A DNA stretch of 63,949 nt, the filler included, from Lenisia limosa (lineage: Eukaryota > Protista > Breviatea): NCBI GenBank assembly GCA_001655205.1. It is 21 parts of 21 records of this genome, joined end to end, with 100 filler letters (N's around TTAATTAATTAA, not from the genome) between each part and the next. Parts side by side here need not be neighbours in the genome. Positions count along the whole stretch, not along the records: positions 57,680 to 60,948 come from LPNZ01010157.1; positions 61,049 to 62,466 come from LPNZ01007457.1; positions 62,567 to 63,949 come from LPNZ01006343.1; 18 more parts are not named here. The stretch is one strand, 5' to 3'. Under the pieces are notes generated by a model, which was given only the letters and a program-made list of their open reading frames with translations, did not search any database and was not told the DNA's origin. Shown one piece after another: positions 57,888 to 63,949 of this stretch. The position numbers and the translations under genes were made by a program. Every line of letters starts with the position of its first letter. Positions within the stretch are counted from its first letter, which is position 1.

Positions 57888-60800
57888 TGATAACCCCGAC
57901 CTTCGCGACCGGGCCTACATTTACTGGCGCCTCCTCTCCACTGACCCTGAAGCCGCAAAAACCATCGTATGAAGGGTGTTTTTTTTTTTGAAACATGAAA
58001 AATTAAATTTGCTTATATTTGCATTTCAAAACTTGCTTCCTGAAAACCCCCCATTATTGAGGTTTTTTGAGGGACTTTTAGTGCCGATTCAAAAAAACCA
58101 CTTGCGTNNNNNNNNNNNNNNNNNNNNNNNNNNNNNNNNNNNNNNNNNNNNNNNNNNNNNNNNNNNNNNNNNNNNNNNNNNNNNNNNNNNNNNNNNNNNN
58201 NNNNNNNNNNNNNNNNNNNNNNNNNNNNNNNNNNNNNNNNNNNNNNNNNNNNNNNNNNNNNNNNNCGCGTGGAGCCTGCCCTACTCGATCGTCTGGTCCG
58301 CCACATCTCCAATTTGGCTTCTGTATATCACAAGTGGGGAAGTTAAGGAAATTGGTTTGGAAAGTGGTTGTTTTTTTTTACAAATGGAGCTTATGGGAGG
58401 GTATCTCTAATCTCTCTAGTGTTTATCGTAATTGAGGGGGGGGGGGCAAGGTTTCATAAATGTTCCAATCTTGCCGTTNNNNNNNNNNNNNNNNNNNNNN
58501 NNNNNNNNNNNNNNNNNNNNNNNNNNNNNNNNNNNNNNNNNNNNNNNNNNNNNNNNNNNNNNNNNNNNNNNNNNNNNNNNNNNNNNNNNNNNNNNNNNNN
58601 NNNNNNNNNNNNNNNNNNNNNNNNNNNNNNNNNNNNNNNNNNNNNNNNNNNNNNNNNNNNNNNNNNNNNNNNNNNNNNNNNNNNNNNNNNNNNNNNNNNN
58701 NNNNNNNNNNNNNNNNNNNNCGCGGGGACTGCTAGATACAGTGACCGGGATTAGTCATGACCGATTCGCTATGTACCAAGGAAAATCGGTCAAGACTTAT
58801 CCTGGTCAATATACAGTCTGTATGATCATATCCTATTAATTTATTAACGAAATGGAAGCATCATCTTTGCGGTGTATAGCAACACTGCAACAATCCTTTT
58901 ACAACACAACAACAACCCTATAACAACACTGCAACATTCCTACAACAACATCCTTTTAACGTTTCAGCAACAGCCCCGGCCGCCTCCTCTGCTCCTGCGG
59001 CAGCCCCTGCCGCTACCCCCGCTGCCNNNNNNNNNNNNNNNNNNNNNNNNNNNNNNNNNNNNNNNNNNNNNNNNNNNNNNNNNNNNNNNNNNNNNNNNNN
59101 NNNNNNNNNNNNNNNNNNNNNNNNNNNNNNNNNNNNNNNNNNNNNNNNNNNNNNNNNNNNNNNNNNNNNNNNNNNNNNNNNNNNNNNNNNNNNNNNNNNN
59201 NNNNNNNNNNNNNNNNNNNNNNNNNNNNNNNNNNNNNNNCCAATGACATTCTCGATCTTCTCGGCGACTGTGGGGGGGCTTCACTTCGGTTTGAAAAAAG
59301 ACCGATAAAATATCGATAATTTTCGAAAACCGAAGTAAATCCCTAGTAGTGAAATTCTCGACCGTGACGACGGCGTAGAGAGGGGAGGGGGGGCTACTGT
59401 GTATAGTACACCACCACTTTACTTCCCCCCTGTCTAACAGAGTTGATTTTGGCTTTTTCGTTTTGTTTTATTAATATTCTGATTTTACTCCTCTAGCCAC
59501 CCCTCCCCCTCCCCCCTTTTTATATAGTGTATTATTATTTTTTCTCACTCGCCNNNNNNNNNNNNNNNNNNNNNNNNNNNNNNNNNNNNNNNNNNNNNNN
59601 NNNNNNNNNNNNNNNNNNNNNNNNNNNNNNNNNNNNNNNNNNNNNNNNNNNNNNNNNNNNNNNNNNNNNNNNNNNNNNNNNNNNNNNNNNNNNNNGCCTG
59701 GGCGGTCCGGTTCAGGTGAGGAGGGTATAATGGGGATGGTTGTTATACGTCTTTAGAGATGCTGTTTATTATCTCTAAATAAGTGTAACATCTGAAGACT
59801 TATCCCGGTCACCGTACATATCATATAGGGCTGTTGTTCATTATACTTCTGTCCAATTTTATCGCCTAGGCCCCCATGGCTTCGGTCGGAATGAACATAG
59901 CACCCTCCACGCTGTTGACTGCCGAAAAGGCTAAGGGACTCGAGGTCGTTGGCAACTTCGCCAAGGGACAGGTATGGGGGGGGGGTGCAAATATGCATTN
60001 NNNNNNNNNNNNNNNNNNNNNNNNNNNNNNNNNNNNNNNNNNNNNNNNNNNNNNNNNNNNNNNNNNNNNNNNNNNNNNNNNNNNNNNNNNNNNNNNNNNN
60101 NNNNNNNNNNNNNNNNNNNNNNNNNNNNNTTGTCATCTGGTTTTTGTCTAGTTTTAGCGTTGGTTGTTCGTGTTTGTTATTGCTTGTTTTGTTTTTTGTT
60201 TGAAGTTTCAGATTATTCGGGATTAGTACCTTTACGCCAATACTCTAATCGAAATTTCCTTCATTTTACATTTCCCTCACCCCTCAGAACAACGGGCTGG
60301 TCCTGGACATGAAGATGACGAACAAGGCCATGCAGCCGATCGGACAGTTTGCTCTGCAGTTTAATAAGAACTCCTTCGGACTCAAGGCCGGTCCGGTCAC
60401 AGTGGGGGGGGATAATTTCCATTTTTCACCCTTCTCAATTTTNNNNNNNNNNNNNNNNNNNNNNNNNNNNNNNNNNNNNNNNNNNNNNNNNNNNNNNNNN
60501 NNNNNNNNNNNNNNNNNNNNNNNNNNNNNNNNNNNNNNNNNNNNNNNNNNNNNNNNNNNNNNNNNNNNNNNNNNNNNNNNNNNNNNNNNNNNNNNNNNNN
60601 NNNNNNNNNNNNNNNNNNNNNNNNNNNNNNNTTCTCCATCATGCTCCTAATTGCAGTGTATAAAAACAATTATTCCATCAATCCATTTCACTCCCTCAGA
60701 TCCAAGCGATCAACCCTGGCCAAACTATCCAAGCAGTCGTTGAGGTCGGCACGGGAGGCCAGGTTGCCCCCTGCACGCCCTTCACCAAGGTTGAAATGGC

Positions 60801-60943
60801 TCTGCAGTGCTCCACAGGCGTCCACTTCTTCATGGACACTGTCCCGATGCATCTCCTGTTTAGCGCTAATGGCAGACTGGAGCAAGATCTTTTCCTTAAG
60901 GGATGGAAGGGCATTGAAGGCGAGACGGTCGAAATTCTTAAAA
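57888..60943 (+). CDS. AP1B1: AP-1/AP-2 complex beta subunit (beta-adaptin): trunk end, hinge and appendage exons (partial)
   Basis: Exons 57888-57966 ([24 protein letters not shown]), gap-58333 ([22 protein letters not shown]), 58968-gap (APAA hinge), gap-59269 (DILDLLGD), 59870-59971 ([16 protein letters not shown]), 60288-60401 ([27 protein letters not shown]), 60700-60943 ([20 protein letters not shown]). All match recalled beta1/beta2-adaptin motifs; AP1B1 and AP2B1 cannot be separated. Confidence 0.95.
58739..58811. mobile_element. MITE family B copy
   Basis: TA|CAGTGACCGGGATTAGTCATGACCGATT...AATCGGTCAAGACTTATCCTGGTCA. Confidence 0.8.
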
Positions 60944-61795
60944 GTTGGNNNNNNNNNNNNNNNNNNNNNNNNNNNNNNNNNNNNNNNNNNNNTTAATTAA
61001 TTAANNNNNNNNNNNNNNNNNNNNNNNNNNNNNNNNNNNNNNNNNNNNGTCGGGCGTTCTGGTCTCGCAGTTCATCGATGTATCGGTACAGCAGCCGTAC
61101 CGACTCATCCGTACGTCGAACCTATTACTGTTAGGATTCTGTCTAATGTGTCATGATATTGTGTCTAATGCGCCATGTTACTGTATCCGCTGAGAATTTG
61201 AGATGGTTGAATAGTTTACTACGTAGAGATGAACACACTCATGCTGGGCTTTGTTTTGCTGGTTCCAACCATTCTTAGGAGAAATAATTTTGGTTTGTTT
61301 TCCCCATTACCCCCCCCCCCCCNNNNNNNNNNNNNNNNNNNNNNNNNNNNNNNNNNNNNNNNNNNNNNNNNNNNNNNNNNNNNNNNNNNNNNNNNNNNNN
61401 NNNAGCAAAAAATAAACAGGATTCAACTCTCAGGATGATTGATTTCGATCTTGCAGAATATCATATGTTGGTTTTCTATCATGTTAGTGTTTTTACAATA
61501 TTGTGACAGAGACTACCCTACAAAGCGAAACCGAGGATATATTATCTGTACAATAAATTCTGTAATCAAATAAATGAAAATGTGAATTCAAGTACCACTT
61601 TTTATGTCATATATACGTATATGATATCTTCAGATACATGTACATTTTTTTGTTCCTGTAGATATGAGAGGAAATAAAGGAACAATCAGATATTCATAAT
61701 ATCACTTTCAGTTCCAAAAAAGAGTGAATCTCTATAAATATCGATATTTCTTGTACTTTATTACCGAGAATGAAGCGGCAATAATGACCCCTCAC

Positions 61796-62348
61796 CGGGT
61801 GGCTGGACGTCTGACGGCAGGTATCGGTTGAGGTCGGACCAGTCGGGTCGAGGCGTGGCCGCGCGGCGCAATCGGTGGTTATCCTCGCGGACTAATATTG
61901 TAAATTAAATGCTCGGTTTTGTGGTGTTTCAGTTGACTGATTTATAAATAGATTAATTGAACTGCGACAATATGGGAGTTATGTAATTGGGGAAGAAAGT
62001 AGATTTATAGNNNNNNNNNNNNNNNNNNNNNNNNNNNNNNNNNNNNNNNNNNNNNNNNNNNNNNNNNNNNNNNNNNNNNNNNNNNNNNATATCTCTATTT
62101 TCATGATTCTGAAGACCTTTGTGAAAGCGTGTAGAAAAGGGGGATAGAAACTATAACTCAAAATATGGCATGAGGGTGTGGAGTGCAGCGAAGGCAATTG
62201 TATCTAGCTAGGGCTTCTCTTCCGTTCGAAAAAAGACTGAAGCGAAGCCCAAATGATATCATATCAATGATGTATTGAAGAGCTCACCAGAAACCAGCAT
62301 TGTTTTGGCCTCCTCCAGTTCGGCGATGTTTTTGCCTTCTTGTTGCCT
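61796..62348 (-). CDS. Coiled-coil protein exons ending in TPRPDW, possibly TSNAXIP1-like
   Basis: Exons 62348-62288 and 61891-61796 splice in phase: RQQEGKNIAELEEAKTMLVSVREDNHRLRRAATPRPDWSDL. The TPRPDW motif after a coiled coil is recalled from TSNAXIP1. Confidence 0.45.
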
Positions 62349-63558
62349 CTAGATATGGGTAATTCTGAATTAATTGTTCAATAGGTGGAAATATTGAAGT
62401 AATAAAATTGGCAAGAGAAAATTGCTCAATATATTGTATATATCATGTATTATAGCTAATTATATANNNNNNNNNNNNNNNNNNNNNNNNNNNNNNNNNN
62501 NNNNNNNNNNTTAATTAATTAANNNNNNNNNNNNNNNNNNNNNNNNNNNNNNNNNNNNNNNNNNNNATACTGGGTCAGATTATGTTGTAGTAGTCGAAAC
62601 CAGACCATACAATCTAGACGCAGAGATGAGAAATACAAAAGAAGGTTGAATCTGTCTACACCATCACGCTTATTAGAGATATTGGATTACTATATCTGGC
62701 CGAAGCTGTCCACACCATCACCCTTATCAGAGATACTGGATTATCGTAAAATATTAACTCACCCAATCATTTACTTTATAACTTCGCGCACCCCCCCCCC
62801 CCNNNNNNNNNNNNNNNNNNNNNNNNNNNNNNNNNNNNNNNNNNNNNNNNNNNNNNNNNNNNNNNNNNNNNNNNNNNNNNNNNNNNNNNNNNNNNNNNNN
62901 NNNNNNNNNNNNNNNNNNNNNNNNNNNNNNNNNNNNNNNNNNNNNNNNNNNNNNNNNNNNNNNNNNNNNNNNNNNNNNNNNNNNNNNNNNNNNNNNNNNN
63001 NNNNNNNNNNNNNNNCCTATGTCCCTCGTCCATTTTTGAAATTAATTTTTCAATTAATTGCACGGAGTTAAATAATCAAAATGTTTAACTTTCAGATCCA
63101 AACTACGTATCAATATTTATCATCATATGGCAGCTTTATTGACTAAGTCAAATGTACCCTAAATCATGACATGGATATTGAGCTTTATCTTTAGTCATTC
63201 ATGTCGTCACGGTATATTTTATTAACACCCGTATAGCTCCTGAAAGAAGACCCCCACGATAATGGTTGAATGAGGGGAGGCAGCTCTAAGGGCTGCACGT
63301 TGAGTGAAGGGATGGATGGATCGCGTTGCTTCTAAATCGGATAAGTCGTTTTGGTTGTTGTGATGGCTTGAACCGAAGTGATGGCTTCTCGATAAATTTA
63401 GAAAAATATCGATTTTATTTTATCAGTCTTTTTCGAACCGAATGAAGCCCTGGTTTTGTATTACTATTTATTTTTTAAAAAGAAAAGCCCGGAAATGTGC
63501 TTCGATAATATCAACATCACCGCTCTCTTTTAGAACTCAACTGAGGCTCAGATAACTA

Positions 63559-63645
63559 GGGCTTCACTTCGGTTCGAAAAAAAGACTGAATTTCTCGATA
63601 AATCCTCGAAAACAATCGATAATTTCCCGAACCAAAGTGAAGCCT
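63559..63645. mobile_element. MITE family A copy
   Basis: TA|GGGCTTCACTTCGGTTCGAAAAAAAGACTG...CCGAACCAAAGTGAAGCC; another copy at ~63368-63451. Confidence 0.85.
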
Positions 63646-63844
63646 TCGTGATAACCCACCTTTTCCGGAGCGGAGATGAACTTGCCTAGGACTGCTGTTC
63701 GTGACACCGCCCCTGATGACGATTGCGCAACTGGAGGGGGTAAAAACGGGTTATTCTCGAGGGCTTCAGAAGGTTTAATCCCCAGATTTATGTTTTATTC
63801 AATCAGTCAAATGTATGTTAGGAAGCTATCAGGATCCGGCGGTT

Positions 63845-63949
63845 CAGAGGGGGTAAAAATGGAAAATTTATGAAACAAAAAAAAAAGCCCAAAATCAAAA
63901 ATCAACTCTGTTGGCTGATAACACATTGATAACAAAAACAAACAAAGCC
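63845..63949 (-). repeat. Family C copy (minus orientation) upstream of a probable minus-strand exon ~63659-63733
   Basis: GGGGGTAAAAATGGAAAATTTATGAAACAAAAAAAAAGCCCAAAATCA...ACTCTGTTGGCTGATAACAC. Confidence 0.85.

Noticed and set aside
4645-62522. Recurrent TTAATTAATTAA palindrome as a biological motif or repeat
   Set aside because: Always centred in exactly 44+44 N; an artificial six-frame-stop linker.

Overview
This window is not one contiguous locus. It is 21 short, gappy scaffolds of an AT-rich, intron-dense eukaryote, joined by 20 artificial 100-nt spacers (44 N + TTAATTAATTAA + 44 N), so adjacency across spacers has no biological meaning. Genes consist of 30-250 nt exons, and most ORFs in the supplied track are spurious or exon+intron read-throughs. 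Manual splicing gives recognisable partial genes: CFAP299 (indicates a flagellated organism), AP-1/2 beta-adaptin, a nocturnin/CCR4-type EEP phosphatase, a CAMK/SNF1-type kinase, a RhoGAP, a STRA6-like membrane protein, a Cys-rich EGF/GCC2-GCC3 protein and a possible TSNAXIP1. Introns carry at least three TA-flanked MITE families and several other dispersed repeats. There is also an internally deleted Tc1 element with long TIRs, a pogo-type transposase fragment and a DIRS/Ngaro RT relic. The three most interesting signals are: (1) two dispersed repeat modules that repeatedly form intron ends (GT-Gn-GTAAAA ... TTTTAC-Cn-AG), i.e. a candidate introner family; (2) recurrent short duplications that straddle splice junctions; (3) a 1.25-kb intronless, gene-dense, very AT-rich scaffold with a shared upstream motif, resembling a Polinton-like or giant-virus fragment. 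All family assignments come from motif recognition by eye, not database searches.
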